This document shows positions 47,097 through 56,533 of a stretch of 64,000 bases of DNA, in pieces. The stretch comes from Acidimicrobiia bacterium (GTDB taxonomy: Bacteria > Actinomycetota > Acidimicrobiia > Spongiisociales > ZC4RG35), in assembly GCA_035462175.1 (NCBI GenBank), contig DATHUP010000049.1, positions 52,614-116,613 of the forward strand, in the 5' to 3' direction. A program made the translations under genes and the position numbers. The notes below the pieces were generated by a model. The model did not search any database. It was not told the origin of the DNA and saw only the letters and a list, made by a program, of their open reading frames with translations. Numbering within the stretch: position 1 is the first letter of the stretch; every line of letters starts with the position of its first letter.

Positions 47097-48731
47097 ATGA
47101 TCAGTCCGCGTCAAGCCCTCGGTGCTGCGCTTTGGAGGCTCTCCGACCTGGTCCGGGCCGATGAGAGAGGTCGCTCCTTTCGGGCCAAGGCCTACCGGAA
47201 GGCGGTTTGGTCGCTGGACGACCTCCCCCCGGACCTGGCCGGGCCTGTCGAGGCCATGCTCGCCGTCCCCGGCATCGGGCCCGGGGTCCTCAGGCTCGTC
47301 GACGAGTTCCGGTCCAGCGGCGAGATCTCACTTCTGGAAGCGCTCAGGGAGCAGTATCCGCGCGACGTGGCCAGGCTGCGGAAGCTGCCCCGGATGACTC
47401 CCGCCCTGCTCAGGTCTCTCAAAGGGGAGCTCGGTGTGGACCAGACCGCCGACCTGATCGCAGCGGTAGAGAGCGGTGCAGTCGAGACCCTCAAGGGCGT
47501 GGGCCCGACCACGGCGGATCGATGGGCTCGCGCCCTCGAGCTGGCACCCTCGGCGAAGGCGATTCCCGCCTTCGAAGCGGCGGGGCTCGCCGGGAGTCTC
47601 GATCACCACCTGACCCACCACCATGGCGGGAGAACCTGGGTTGCAGGCGCGGTGCGCCGACTCGACGAATGGGTGGAGACAATCGACCTGGTCTCGGAGA
47701 TGGACGATCCGATCCGGGTTGGCCGGTTCCTCGAGGAGACCGCGGTGGCCCGCTTCCTCGGCCAAACCGGAGCAGGGACATCGACGCTCGAGTCTCACGA
47801 CGGTGTCGGGCTCCGGGTCCATTTGGCCCCAGCGGGTGAAGGAGGAGCCCGGCTCATCGAAGCGACTGGGCCACCGGACCACGTCGCCACATTGGTCCCC
47901 GGGATCGACGACGCCACCCTGTCCGAAGCCGAGATCTATGCCCGCCGGGGTCGGGTGTGGATCCCGGCCCCTGCACGCGGTCTCCCGGAGAATCAGGCAA
48001 TCGGTGTGGTCCGCTCGACGGAGATCCGCGGCGACCTCCACATTCACACCGAACGATCACCAGACGGCCGGATGAGCCTCGGCGAGGTTCTCACCACCGC
48101 GGTGGACCTCGGCTACGAGTATGTCTTGATCACAGATCACACCTCGGGCCTCCGCTTCGGGGGACTCGACGAGCAGGAGCTCGTCATGCAACGGGCCGAG
48201 ATCGACGCGGTCCGGGGCCGCTTCCCCGATCTCTTGGTGCTCCACGGGGCTGAGTTGAACATCGACCGCGACGGCGGGCTCGACATCGGCGACGAAGGTG
48301 TGGCGCTCCTCGACCTAGCAGTGGCCGGGCTTCACTCCCACTTCGATCTGGGGCGGGAGGAACAGACGGCCCGTGTGCTCACTGCCATGCGTCATCCGGT
48401 TGTGCGGATCCTGGCGCACCCCACCGGCCGACGGATCGGGATCCGCCCCGCAGTCGACCTCGACGTCGAGGCGGTGATCGCCGCTGCGGTGGACCACGGC
48501 GTGGCGTTGGAGGTCAACGGCCATCGCGACCGGCTCGATCTGTCCGCCGATCTCGCCAAAGCGGCTCTGTCGGGCGGGGCGATGCTGGCGGCGAACTCGG
48601 ACGCCCACAGAATGGGAGAGTTGGGCAACGTTGCCAACTCGGTGGGCACCCTGCAGAGAGCCGGTGTTGCCCCGGCATCCGTCGTCAACACGCTGCCCCT
48701 CCCGCGTTTCCAGGACTGGATCTCGGGATGA
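47097..48731 (+). CDS. PolX-family DNA polymerase/PHP-domain phosphoesterase
   Basis: N-terminal Pol-beta-like 8-kDa/HhH region (SFRAKAYRKA, GVGP), C-terminal PHP (DLHIHTERSPDG...ITDH...HGAE...AHP); ORF track starts 47067. Confidence 0.75.
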   Translation: MISPRQALGAALWRLSDLVRADERGRSFRAKAYRKAVWSLDDLPPDLAGPVEAMLAVPGIGPGVLRLVDEFRSSGEISLLEALREQYPRDVARLRKLPRMTPALLRSLKGELGVDQTADLIAAVESGAVETLKGVGPTTADRWARALELAPSAKAIPAFEAAGLAGSLDHHLTHHHGGRTWVAGAVRRLDEWVETIDLVSEMDDPIRVGRFLEETAVARFLGQTGAGTSTLESHDGVGLRVHLAPAGEGGARLIEATGPPDHVATLVPGIDDATLSEAEIYARRGRVWIPAPARGLPENQAIGVVRSTEIRGDLHIHTERSPDGRMSLGEVLTTAVDLGYEYVLITDHTSGLRFGGLDEQELVMQRAEIDAVRGRFPDLLVLHGAELNIDRDGGLDIGDEGVALLDLAVAGLHSHFDLGREEQTARVLTAMRHPVVRILAHPTGRRIGIRPAVDLDVEAVIAAAVDHGVALEVNGHRDRLDLSADLAKAALSGGAMLAANSDAHRMGELGNVANSVGTLQRAGVAPASVVNTLPLPRFQDWISG

Positions 48732-48783
48732 TGCAGAGGGCCGAGTCGAAGCAGCCGGCTGACACGGCTGGCCTACTGAACCG

Positions 48784-49455
48784 TCAGCTGCGGAGACGGG
48801 TCGGCTGGAGGTGCTTACCTCTCGGGAGCAGCGATGTGCTGGTGTCGTCGTGGTCGAGCCACGATCCGAGCACCTCGAGCGGAGAGAGGCCAGCACCGTG
48901 TTGCCACATCACCCGCTGAGCGGGGGCGCGGGCTCCGGGGCGGGTCCGCGCTCTGAAGGTCATCGGGTCGTGGCGCCCCATCACCGTCTCGGCGAGTCTC
49001 GCCTTGTCCGGCTCGAGCGCGTCGACCTCGACGGTCAGACCTCTCTCCGGGTAGGCCAGTAGATCCTCTTCACGGGGGGGGTGGGCGGTGGTGGCGATCG
49101 CGCTTCCGATCCATCCCGTCAGCGCACCGACAACGACACCGAGCAGGCCGTACAGCACCCAGTGCCTCCCCTCAAGCCAGACGAGAGATCCGAACGTGGT
49201 CACCAGCCCCAGCACGAGGGCGCCGGTGGCAGCCGTGCTCATCGAGTGCTCGAGGACTCTGCCACCGGGACCCGGTCCGGACCCCGTCAAGGAGCCGAGC
49301 GGGACGATCACGGTGGGGCGAAGCCCGGCTTGCTCTAGGGCCTCGACCACAGCCCGCGCCGCGGATGAGTCGGAGTATGCGGCACTGACCGTGCTCAGCT
49401 CGTCGTGAGCGATCCCTTGGGCCGAATTCGCAGGTAAAGAGACGTTCATGGACAT
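48784..49455 (-). CDS. hypothetical membrane protein, YflT/general-stress-17M-like N-terminal domain
   Basis: N-terminal domain AVVEALEQAGLRPTVIV...; central TM helices. Confidence 0.35.
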   Translation of the reverse strand: MSMNVSLPANSAQGIAHDELSTVSAAYSDSSAARAVVEALEQAGLRPTVIVPLGSLTGSGPGPGGRVLEHSMSTAATGALVLGLVTTFGSLVWLEGRHWVLYGLLGVVVGALTGWIGSAIATTAHPPREEDLLAYPERGLTVEVDALEPDKARLAETVMGRHDPMTFRARTRPGARAPAQRVMWQHGAGLSPLEVLGSWLDHDDTSTSLLPRGKHLQPTRLRS

Positions 49456-49511
49456 GAAATCCTCCTGGACCGACTCATTTACCCCCTGATCGGCCGCCCG
49501 AAACGCCTATG

Positions 49512-49937
49512 TCAACTCTCGTCGTTCAGCACGGTCATCGAGGTCTTCGGGGAATCCCGGCGCGCTCTGGCCGCGAGCGGGATCCCGTCGTCTTGTGGGA
49601 AGGTGCCGCGCAGGGTGACGGTGCCCTGGTCGATGTCGATGTCCACTGTCGCCATCGGGAGCTCCCAGCTGTCCGCCGCAGTCGGTGGCACCCTTCGGAA
49701 TGACCAGCCCCGGAGGCCCTTGCCGGAGCGGAGTACGGCGATCACTCGGGGGGTACGGCCGGTCCTGGCGACGGCGCGGCGCTCGACCTCCGTGACGGCC
49801 GCGTCGAAGGCGGCGCCGGTGGCCCGGCCCATCCGTGCGGCCAGGGCGCGACGACGCGATTTGCCGTTGGCGGGGTCGAGGAGATACGCGAGGGAGGCTC
49901 CGATGACTGCGCCCTCGAGCAGATCGAGACGGCTCAT
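49512..49937 (-). CDS. YtxH-like plus BON-domain stress protein (paralog of 46567..47016)
   Basis: GAVIGASLAYLLDPANGKSRRR; BON-like TVDIDIDQGTVTLRG. Confidence 0.6.
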   Translation of the reverse strand: MSRLDLLEGAVIGASLAYLLDPANGKSRRRALAARMGRATGAAFDAAVTEVERRAVARTGRTPRVIAVLRSGKGLRGWSFRRVPPTAADSWELPMATVDIDIDQGTVTLRGTFPQDDGIPLAARARRDSPKTSMTVLNDES

Positions 49938-50092
49938 GAGTCGAAGACGGGCGCCCGTACTCGGTTGGTCTCACACGTCGCGTGCTCGCATCCGCAGAAT
50001 TGGCCTGACATCGCTCCCAACTCGCATACCTCGCTGCAGTACTCGCCCGGTTCCGGCACGTGACAGGTGCAGGGCTGGTGTGCACACTCCAT
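49934..50092 (-). CDS. 52-aa cysteine-rich small protein (8 Cys, 3 His); candidate metallothionein/metal-binding peptide
   Basis: MECAHQPCTCHVPEPGEYCSEVCELGAMSGQFCGCEHATCETNRVRAPVFDS; its TGA overlaps the ATG of the downstream BON gene (ATGA); below the ORF-track size cutoff as a separate gene. Confidence 0.45.
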   Translation of the reverse strand: MECAHQPCTCHVPEPGEYCSEVCELGAMSGQFCGCEHATCETNRVRAPVFDS

Positions 50093-50154
50093 GGCAACTC
50101 CTGGTCCGGTGAGACCGTCATACCCCGGCGCGATGCCTCCGAAACCCTGCCCGG

Positions 50155-50919
50155 TCATGGCTGCCAGATCTCGCCGGCGTCGAGATCGGGGAAGGGGGCG
50201 GGCTCGATGCTGGACAGAGGGGTGACGGTGACGAAGTTCTTGGCGCAGAGCGCGGTGTCGCTGGCCGGGTCGGTACCCGCCGAGGACGAACCGACCACGA
50301 ACTGAAGCCTCCGGTCTTCGACGTCGGCATTGGCGACCCGGAAGTAGCCGAAGTCGTCGAGATCTGCCCAATGGATCCCGTTGATCTCGGAAAGCGGGAC
50401 GCCGGGGACGTTGATGTTGAGCACATAAGGCCCGCGGCTGCGATCGATGATCCACCGCGCGGCGGAGACCCCCACCTCGACGGCAGTCTCCCACCTCCAC
50501 GGATCCGACTGGGCGAGACTGATGGCGATCCCGCGGCTGCGAAAGGTCCGCGCGGTCAGGGCGGCCCCAACGGTTCCGGAGTGAATGATCGAGTGACCGG
50601 TGTTCATCCCGGCGTTGACTCCGGAGACCACCAGGTCCGGGAACCGGCCGAATGCACCCAGGGCGGCTGCCATCACCGCAAGCCCGGGAGGCCCGGCGAT
50701 GGTGAAGGCCGTCATGTCGTCCATGTCGACCTCGGTGAGCTCGACGCCGGTGACCGGGTCGAATCCACCAATCCCCGTGCCACTGCCTGACATGTCGCTG
50801 CTGGGGGCGGCGACGACGACGTCGTAGTCTTCGGCCAGCCTGATGGCCAACATGCGGAGGCCGGGCGAGTCGATCCCGTCGTCGTTGGTGACTATTACGC
50901 GGCGCTGCTCGGTCGTCAC
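50155..50919 (-). CDS. surE: 5'/3'-nucleotidase SurE
   Basis: VIVTNDDGIDSPG N-terminal motif and full-length SurE similarity. Confidence 0.85.
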   Translation of the reverse strand: MTTEQRRVIVTNDDGIDSPGLRMLAIRLAEDYDVVVAAPSSDMSGSGTGIGGFDPVTGVELTEVDMDDMTAFTIAGPPGLAVMAAALGAFGRFPDLVVSGVNAGMNTGHSIIHSGTVGAALTARTFRSRGIAISLAQSDPWRWETAVEVGVSAARWIIDRSRGPYVLNINVPGVPLSEINGIHWADLDDFGYFRVANADVEDRRLQFVVGSSSAGTDPASDTALCAKNFVTVTPLSSIEPAPFPDLDAGEIWQP

Positions 50920-51860
50920 GGTGCCGTGGAGAGGATCTCGATCTCGACCCGCTCCGCCAGCTTCGGTATCAGGTCGTGGGATGCGCTGCCCAACCCGTGG
51001 CGAGTGACGTTGGCCGCACCGGCGCCGGAAGCCAGCCGGAGCAGCTCTTCGGGTCCGAGACGCCTGCTGACTCCGGCAGCAAGCCCGGCCGTCATCGAGT
51101 CACCGGCACCGCGGAAGTCGGCAGGCTCGAGCGCGGGCCCGGTCACCCGGAAGGTGGTGTCGCCGAGACGTGCGAGCGAGGGCTGCCGGCCCCGCGAGAT
51201 GACGACACTCCGGGCCCCCTGCTCGATCAGCTGATGCAGCGCATCGAGTGCCGCCGGCTCCTCGCGGCTCTCTAGGGCACCGTCCTCGATCAGGTCGTCG
51301 TCGCTCACCTTGAGCAGGTCTATGGGGCCACCATCGAGGTAGGCCTGCAGCTCCCGGCCGTGGAGGTCGCCCACCACCCGGACATCGGCTGAGGCAAGAT
51401 CGTGGCCGAGGCGCCGGTAGGTGTCGACCGGCACGATCTCGGTTCTCTGGCCGGTGATGACGACCACCTTGGAGCTCAGCGCATGGTCCAGGATCTTCCC
51501 GTAGGCGTCGTCCAGCTCATGGCGGGCCAGCCCGTAGGACGGTGCCTCGGCGATCGGGTTGCGGTCACCGGTTCGTCGATCCTGGATGATCGCCGGGGAG
51601 CTCTCCTGGACCTCCACCGGGCTCAGGTCGATGCCCCACTGCCGAACCAACCCGCGCAACACAGCACCCGACTCCCCTCCGATCGGACCGCAGAGCAACG
51701 GTTTCTCGCCGAGATGGCGGAGCATCCGGGCCACCCAGAACCCCTGACCCCCGGGGTGGATGTGGATATCGTCGGGCCCGTCTTCCCTCCCTTTCTCGAT
51801 GGTCACAGTCAACGCCAGGTGAGGGGCGAATACGGCCACCGTGTGCTGGGCTTGGGCCAT
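50916..51860 (-). CDS. PfkB-family carbohydrate/nucleoside kinase (1-phosphofructokinase/ribokinase-like)
   Basis: PfkB C-terminal signature region DFRGAGDSMTAGLA; GG dipeptide (GGQG) N-terminal motif. Confidence 0.7.
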   Translation of the reverse strand: MAQAQHTVAVFAPHLALTVTIEKGREDGPDDIHIHPGGQGFWVARMLRHLGEKPLLCGPIGGESGAVLRGLVRQWGIDLSPVEVQESSPAIIQDRRTGDRNPIAEAPSYGLARHELDDAYGKILDHALSSKVVVITGQRTEIVPVDTYRRLGHDLASADVRVVGDLHGRELQAYLDGGPIDLLKVSDDDLIEDGALESREEPAALDALHQLIEQGARSVVISRGRQPSLARLGDTTFRVTGPALEPADFRGAGDSMTAGLAAGVSRRLGPEELLRLASGAGAANVTRHGLGSASHDLIPKLAERVEIEILSTAP

Positions 51861-51863
51861 CGA

Positions 51864-52247
51864 TCAGCCTTCCCCGGATCCTTCGGATCCGACGCGGTTG
51901 AAGCTCCACTCCCCGAGCCGCCACATGTCGTGAGCGTCGTGTTCCTCGAGGACGGTAGCCACCCGCGCTGCCTCATCTGATGTCACATCGACCGACACCA
52001 CCGACGCTCCCTCGTCCAAGGCGGCCTCCATGCGGTCCAGAATCCGGGTCTCGTCGCCGAAGACGATGGCCAGCTTGCTGACCAAGCCGGATACACCCTC
52101 CTCCTCCCGATCGGGGGCGAGTGCTGCCTTCCCCGCCTCTCCGTGGAAGAGTTCGGCCGGGAATTGCTCGGCAGCCAGAGCCGCCACTGCGTCACGCCCC
52201 TTGCCGTGATCATCGATGATGGCTACGACCGTGTCGGTGCGATCCAT
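51864..52247 (-). CDS. hypothetical protein, YflT-like stress domain
   Basis: VVAIIDDHGKGRDAVAALAAEQFPAE pattern resembling general stress protein 17M family. Confidence 0.35.
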   Translation of the reverse strand: MDRTDTVVAIIDDHGKGRDAVAALAAEQFPAELFHGEAGKAALAPDREEEGVSGLVSKLAIVFGDETRILDRMEAALDEGASVVSVDVTSDEAARVATVLEEHDAHDMWRLGEWSFNRVGSEGSGEG

Positions 52248-52283
52248 GCGCCGTCTAGGCCAGCCTGGCCGGGTCGGCCACGA

Positions 52284-52457
52284 TCATGCGTCGGGTATGA
52301 ACGAGAGCAGCACCACCACCGCGGCGATCGCCAGCAAGATGAGGGCCAGAGAGAGCCAGACGGCTTTGGCGTTGTTTCGCCTGCCGTGGGGTGTTCCAGT
52401 GGGGAGCTCGCGCTCAGCCATCGGCCGGTCCGTGGGTGAGAGTCCTCCGGGGATCAT
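52284..52457 (-). CDS. putative 57-aa single-TM small protein
   Basis: GGAGG RBS 6 nt before the ATG; MIPGGLSPTDRPMAERELPTGTPHGRRNNAKAVWLSLALILLAIAAVVVLLSFIPDA; under the ORF-track cutoff. Confidence 0.25.
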   Translation of the reverse strand: MIPGGLSPTDRPMAERELPTGTPHGRRNNAKAVWLSLALILLAIAAVVVLLSFIPDA

Positions 52458-52546
52458 CGTCTACCTCCTGTTGTAGACCGCGCCCTATCGAGGGCTCTCT
52501 TGATTACCCACGAGAGCTCGTCGTCAAACCCGCGGCTCGCACCTGT

Positions 52547-53629
52547 TCAGCCGACCAGCAATGGGATTTCCAGCTCCTCCTTGGCCTGGCCGCCGTGATA
52601 GCTGCGGAGACGCTTGTCGAAGCCCGGCGGGAGGAGAATCTTGCCTGGGGGTGCGAGGAGGAGAACCTCGCCTACTCGGGCCCTCGCGGCCGGGATCGGG
52701 CCAGGTCCGAGCAGGGCCAATGGATCGGCGGGGAGGGCGCCGGTGATTCGGGCGAGCTCGTCGATAATGGCCTGGGATCCCCAGACATGGACGCCTCTCG
52801 GGTCGCCCGCATAGCGGAGATCGTCGAAGGGTTTGCCCCGGATCAAGATCTTGTCTCCCTCCGCGTAGTCGATGAGACCGTGATCCGCGGTTCCCAGCAA
52901 TGTCACGTCGGGTGGGAGCCGGGACGCCACAGCTTCCCAAAGATTGGCGGCAAGGCGCATCGCCTCGCCGAACTCCTCGGATCCGACCCCGTGAACGTGC
53001 CCGGCGAAGTCGACCGGCCAGAAATAGGTGAAGACCAAGCGATTCGGCTCCGAGGCGAGCTGAACGGTCGCCTCCACCAGGTCTTGGTCGTCCCATGCGC
53101 CCTCGAAGCGAGCGCCCCGATAGAGCAGTCGGGAGAGCGGGCTGCCGGCGAACGTCGCAGGCTGGACGGTGATCGGCTCCACCCCGCCTCGACGGAGACG
53201 CTCCCAGAGATTGGGGCGAGGGAGGAACGATTCATAGTCGTATGCCACCGGTCGACCGGAGAGATCGACCCACTTCAAGGTGTTCACCACCTGCCCCGTC
53301 TCCTCGAGCCAGGTGAGATGGGCAACCAGACCGTGACGCGAGGGGGGGAGGGCGGTGGCGATCGTGGCGAGCGAGACGCTGGTTGTGGTCGGGAACGGGG
53401 CGTGCAGCGTCGCCTGATGCGTTTTAGCGAGTGGCCCGGCCTCCGCGTGCCCGAGTTGGGCCACGCCGAGACCGTCGAACAAGATGAGCACGTAGGTCCT
53501 GCCCTCGGAGACGAGGTCACCGACACCGGGATCGAGACCGGGGGAGGGAGAGCTCCCGATCAGGCGGGATTCGATCTCCGCGACCAGATTGACCAGACCG
53601 CGCGAGTCGTACGAAGGGGCGTCGACCAT
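52547..53629 (-). CDS. alkaline-phosphatase-superfamily (nucleotide pyrophosphatase/phosphodiesterase type I-like) protein
   Basis: Metal-ligand motifs of the AP superfamily (LFDGLG, GTADHG). Confidence 0.65.
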   Translation of the reverse strand: MVDAPSYDSRGLVNLVAEIESRLIGSSPSPGLDPGVGDLVSEGRTYVLILFDGLGVAQLGHAEAGPLAKTHQATLHAPFPTTTSVSLATIATALPPSRHGLVAHLTWLEETGQVVNTLKWVDLSGRPVAYDYESFLPRPNLWERLRRGGVEPITVQPATFAGSPLSRLLYRGARFEGAWDDQDLVEATVQLASEPNRLVFTYFWPVDFAGHVHGVGSEEFGEAMRLAANLWEAVASRLPPDVTLLGTADHGLIDYAEGDKILIRGKPFDDLRYAGDPRGVHVWGSQAIIDELARITGALPADPLALLGPGPIPAARARVGEVLLLAPPGKILLPPGFDKRLRSYHGGQAKEELEIPLLVG

Positions 53630-53687
53630 CGCCGCAGGCTAGGACCAGTCCCGGGGTTTTTCCCGATAGGACTTGGAGATTCCAAAC

Positions 53688-53716
53688 TTCGACCAGAAAC
53701 GACCTCTGCGTATACT
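53688..53716 (+). promoter_or_regulatory. putative sigma-A-type promoter for nuo cluster 2
   Basis: TTCGAC-17 nt-TATACT about 35 nt upstream of the nuoA2 ATG. Confidence 0.35.
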
Positions 53717-53750
53717 CGCCCGCGGTGCTGTCCTTTCCACCCGAAACGGT

Positions 53751-54116
53751 ATGACCCCATACTTCGAGAGTTACCTGACAGTCGGCGCATTCGCCGTTCT
53801 CGGGGCAGTCCTGGTGATGATGATGCTCGGCCTGGCCACGGTGCTGCGACCGACCAACCCCACGGCCACCAAGATGCTCACCTACGAGTGCGGGGTTGAC
53901 CCTGTCGGATCGGGGTGGAGCCAGAGCTACGTTCGCTACTACGTCTACGGGCTGCTATTTGTCATCTTCGACGTGGAGGCGGTCTTCATCTTTCCCTGGG
54001 CGATAGTGCTCGACCAGTTGGGCACGTTTGGCCTGGTGGAGATGTTCGTGTTCATCGCCATCCTCCTCCTTGGGCTGGTCTACGCGGTCCGCAAAGGAGT
54101 CCTGCGGTGGGAGTAG
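53751..54116 (+). CDS. nuoA: Nuo-like complex subunit A (cluster 2)
   Basis: YECGVDP / [12 protein letters not shown] motifs; 121 aa. Confidence 0.85.
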   Translation: MTPYFESYLTVGAFAVLGAVLVMMMLGLATVLRPTNPTATKMLTYECGVDPVGSGWSQSYVRYYVYGLLFVIFDVEAVFIFPWAIVLDQLGTFGLVEMFVFIAILLLGLVYAVRKGVLRWE

Positions 54117-54604
54117 TCCAGAAGTTCGGGGCCCCGAAGCCGGTGACTTGGCTTCTCAACTGGTCCCGGAAGTACTCCCTCTGGCTGTTCCAGTTCGGTC
54201 TGGCCTGCTGTGCCATCGAGCTGATGGCAGCGTCTGGCCCCCGGTTCGACTTCATGCGCTTCGGGATCATCCCTCTTCCCGCCTCGCCCCGTCAGGCCGA
54301 TCTGATGGTCGTCGCCGGGACGGTCACCGACAAGATGGCTCCGGCCATTCGTCGTCTCTACGACCAGATGCCCGATCCCAAGTACGTCATCTCGATGGGG
54401 TCGTGCGCCAACTGCGGCGGCCCATATTGGGATTCCTACTCGGTGACCAAGGGAGTCGACCAGGTGATCCCGGTGGACGTGTACGTCCCGGGCTGTCCGC
54501 CTCGGCCCGAGGCATTGATGGACGGGATCGTGCTCCTCCAGAAGAAGATCCAGGGCGAAGACATCAAAGAGAAATGGAACCGGCGTGACCTCGAGCCCGT
54601 CTGA
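54107..54604 (+). CDS. nuoB: Nuo-like complex subunit B (cluster 2)
   Basis: [12 protein letters not shown]...GSCANCGG...PGCPPRP; GTG start with AAAGGAG RBS. Confidence 0.85.
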   Translation: MGVVQKFGAPKPVTWLLNWSRKYSLWLFQFGLACCAIELMAASGPRFDFMRFGIIPLPASPRQADLMVVAGTVTDKMAPAIRRLYDQMPDPKYVISMGSCANCGGPYWDSYSVTKGVDQVIPVDVYVPGCPPRPEALMDGIVLLQKKIQGEDIKEKWNRRDLEPV

Positions 54605-55229
54605 GACCGAGACGGCCGCCGTCCACCCGCTCCAGGAGTACGCCGATCGGGTTGCTGCCGCGGTAGGGGGCGATGGGACGGTGACCTTCGACACGGTCAA
54701 GATCAGGGTTCCCCTCGAGCGATGGGTCGATGCCCTGACCACGGCACGCGACGAGCTCGATCTCGTCTTCTTCTCTTGGCTCTCTGCAGTCGACTGGTCC
54801 TCCGAGGTCGAGGTGGGCGACCCTTTTCCCGAGCCGGTCGAAGATCGTCTCGAGCTCCTCGCCACCGTGGCCGATGTCAGCGAGGGGCGACGGGTGATCT
54901 TCTCCACCGATCTGGACAAGGAAACGCCTTCTGCACCCACCCTGATCGACGTGTACGCCGGGGCCAACTGGCACGAACGGGAAGCCCACGAGATGTTCGG
55001 GATCCATTTCGATGGTCATCCCAACCTGATCCACCTCTACTTGCCCGACCAGTTCCTGGGCAACCCGCTGCGAAAGAGCTATCCCCTTCTCAGCCGTGAG
55101 GTCAAGCCCTGGCCCGGCACGGTCGACGTCGAGGCGATGCCGGGCAGTGACGAAGGAACAGAGGACGAAGGAGCAGAGGGAGACGGGGCCGAGGCGGACG
55201 GGCCCTCCGAGGAGAACCCGGAGGCATGA
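54585..55229 (+). CDS. nuoC: Nuo-like complex subunit C (cluster 2), acidic C-terminal tail
   Basis: [18 protein letters not shown] motif. Confidence 0.85.
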   Translation: MTSSPSETETAAVHPLQEYADRVAAAVGGDGTVTFDTVKIRVPLERWVDALTTARDELDLVFFSWLSAVDWSSEVEVGDPFPEPVEDRLELLATVADVSEGRRVIFSTDLDKETPSAPTLIDVYAGANWHEREAHEMFGIHFDGHPNLIHLYLPDQFLGNPLRKSYPLLSREVKPWPGTVDVEAMPGSDEGTEDEGAEGDGAEADGPSEENPEA

Positions 55230-55230
55230 C

Positions 55231-56421
55231 ATGGTGCTAGACCAGGATCTGGTCCGCCACCTCTCCGAGTCTTCGGTGTCGGTGGAGCTCGACACCGAGG
55301 ACATGACCCTCAACATCGGGCCCCAGCACCCGTCGACTCACGGCGTTCTCCGACTCAAGGCACGGGTGGACGGCGAACGCGCCTTCGACGTGCAACCGGT
55401 CATCGGCTACATGCATCGCGGCTACGAGAAGCTGTCGGAGGCGAGGACCTACCCCCAGATCACCACCCTCGTCAACCGCATCGACTGGGTGTCGGGTTAC
55501 GCCAACGAGATCCCCTTCATCGTCGCCGCCGAGAAGCTGCTCGGCGTCGAGGTGCCGGAGCGAGCCCAATACATCCGGCTCATCCTCACCGAAATGGCCC
55601 GGATCTCCTCCCACCTGGTCTTCATGGCGTCCTACCCGCTGGAGCTGGGGGCGGCCACCCCGCTCTTCTTCGCCCTGAGGGAGCGGGAGCGTGTGCTCGA
55701 CCTGCTCGAGGGTGTGACCGGTGGCAGGTTCCACCCGAACTTCAACCGGATCGGCGGGGTCAAGCCGGCGTACGGGTCGGGCTCGGCGACCCGGAAGGTG
55801 ATCCAAGACCTCCCTGCCGGGTTCCTCGCCGAGACCAGGGATGCGATGGACAAGGTGGTGGAGGCGGTGGACGAGCTGAATCAGCTGGTTGCCGACAACG
55901 AGATCATCGTGGCCCGGACCAAGGGGGTCGGGGTCCTGCCCCCCGAGGTGGCTGCCGCATACGGGGTCTCCGGGCCCAACCTCCGTGCCTCCGGAGTCGG
56001 GTTCGATCTGCGCAAGGTGGAGGACTACCTCCCCTACCACCTGTTCGACTTCGAGATCCCGACCGGGGAGAACGGCGACTGCTGGGATCGATGGCATGTC
56101 CGCCTCCTCGAGATTCGCCAGTCGGTGCGCATCGTCCAGCAGGCGATCGACGGCATCCCCTCCGGCCCGCTCCAGGCCAAGGTGCCCAAGGTGATCAAGG
56201 TGCCTCAGGGAGAGACCTATGTCCGGGCGGAGAACCCGAAGGGGGAGATGGGCTACTACCTGGTCTCCAACGGCAACCAGGGCCCCTACCGGCTGAAGAT
56301 CCGCTCCGCCAGCTTCTCCAACATCTCGATCCTTCCCTGGATCCTGGAGGGTGTCCTGGTCCCCGACATCATCGCCATCATGGGAAGTCTGGACTTCGTG
56401 TTGGGGGACGTGGACCGATGA
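55231..56421 (+). CDS. nuoD: Nuo-like complex subunit D (cluster 2)
   Basis: NIGPQHPSTHGVLRL...RSASFSN motifs; no N-terminal acidic extension, unlike cluster 1 NuoD. Confidence 0.9.
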   Translation: MVLDQDLVRHLSESSVSVELDTEDMTLNIGPQHPSTHGVLRLKARVDGERAFDVQPVIGYMHRGYEKLSEARTYPQITTLVNRIDWVSGYANEIPFIVAAEKLLGVEVPERAQYIRLILTEMARISSHLVFMASYPLELGAATPLFFALRERERVLDLLEGVTGGRFHPNFNRIGGVKPAYGSGSATRKVIQDLPAGFLAETRDAMDKVVEAVDELNQLVADNEIIVARTKGVGVLPPEVAAAYGVSGPNLRASGVGFDLRKVEDYLPYHLFDFEIPTGENGDCWDRWHVRLLEIRQSVRIVQQAIDGIPSGPLQAKVPKVIKVPQGETYVRAENPKGEMGYYLVSNGNQGPYRLKIRSASFSNISILPWILEGVLVPDIIAIMGSLDFVLGDVDR

Positions 56422-56439
56422 GTGCTCGCTTCGCTGATT

Positions 56440-56518
56440 TGGCTACGAGCTACGAGCCACGAGCAACGGGCCAGAGCGCGATTCTGGCTCGTCGCTCGTT
56501 GCCCGTTGCTCATCGCGT
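56440..56518. repeat. intercistronic heptamer-periodic hairpin repeat, copy R2
   Basis: gctacgagctacgagccacgagcaacgg / GCCAGAGCGCGattCTGGC apex / gctcgtcgctcgttgcccgttgctcatcgc; between nuoD2 and nuoH2. Confidence 0.8.
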
Positions 56519-56533
56519 CAGGAAGGACACCCA

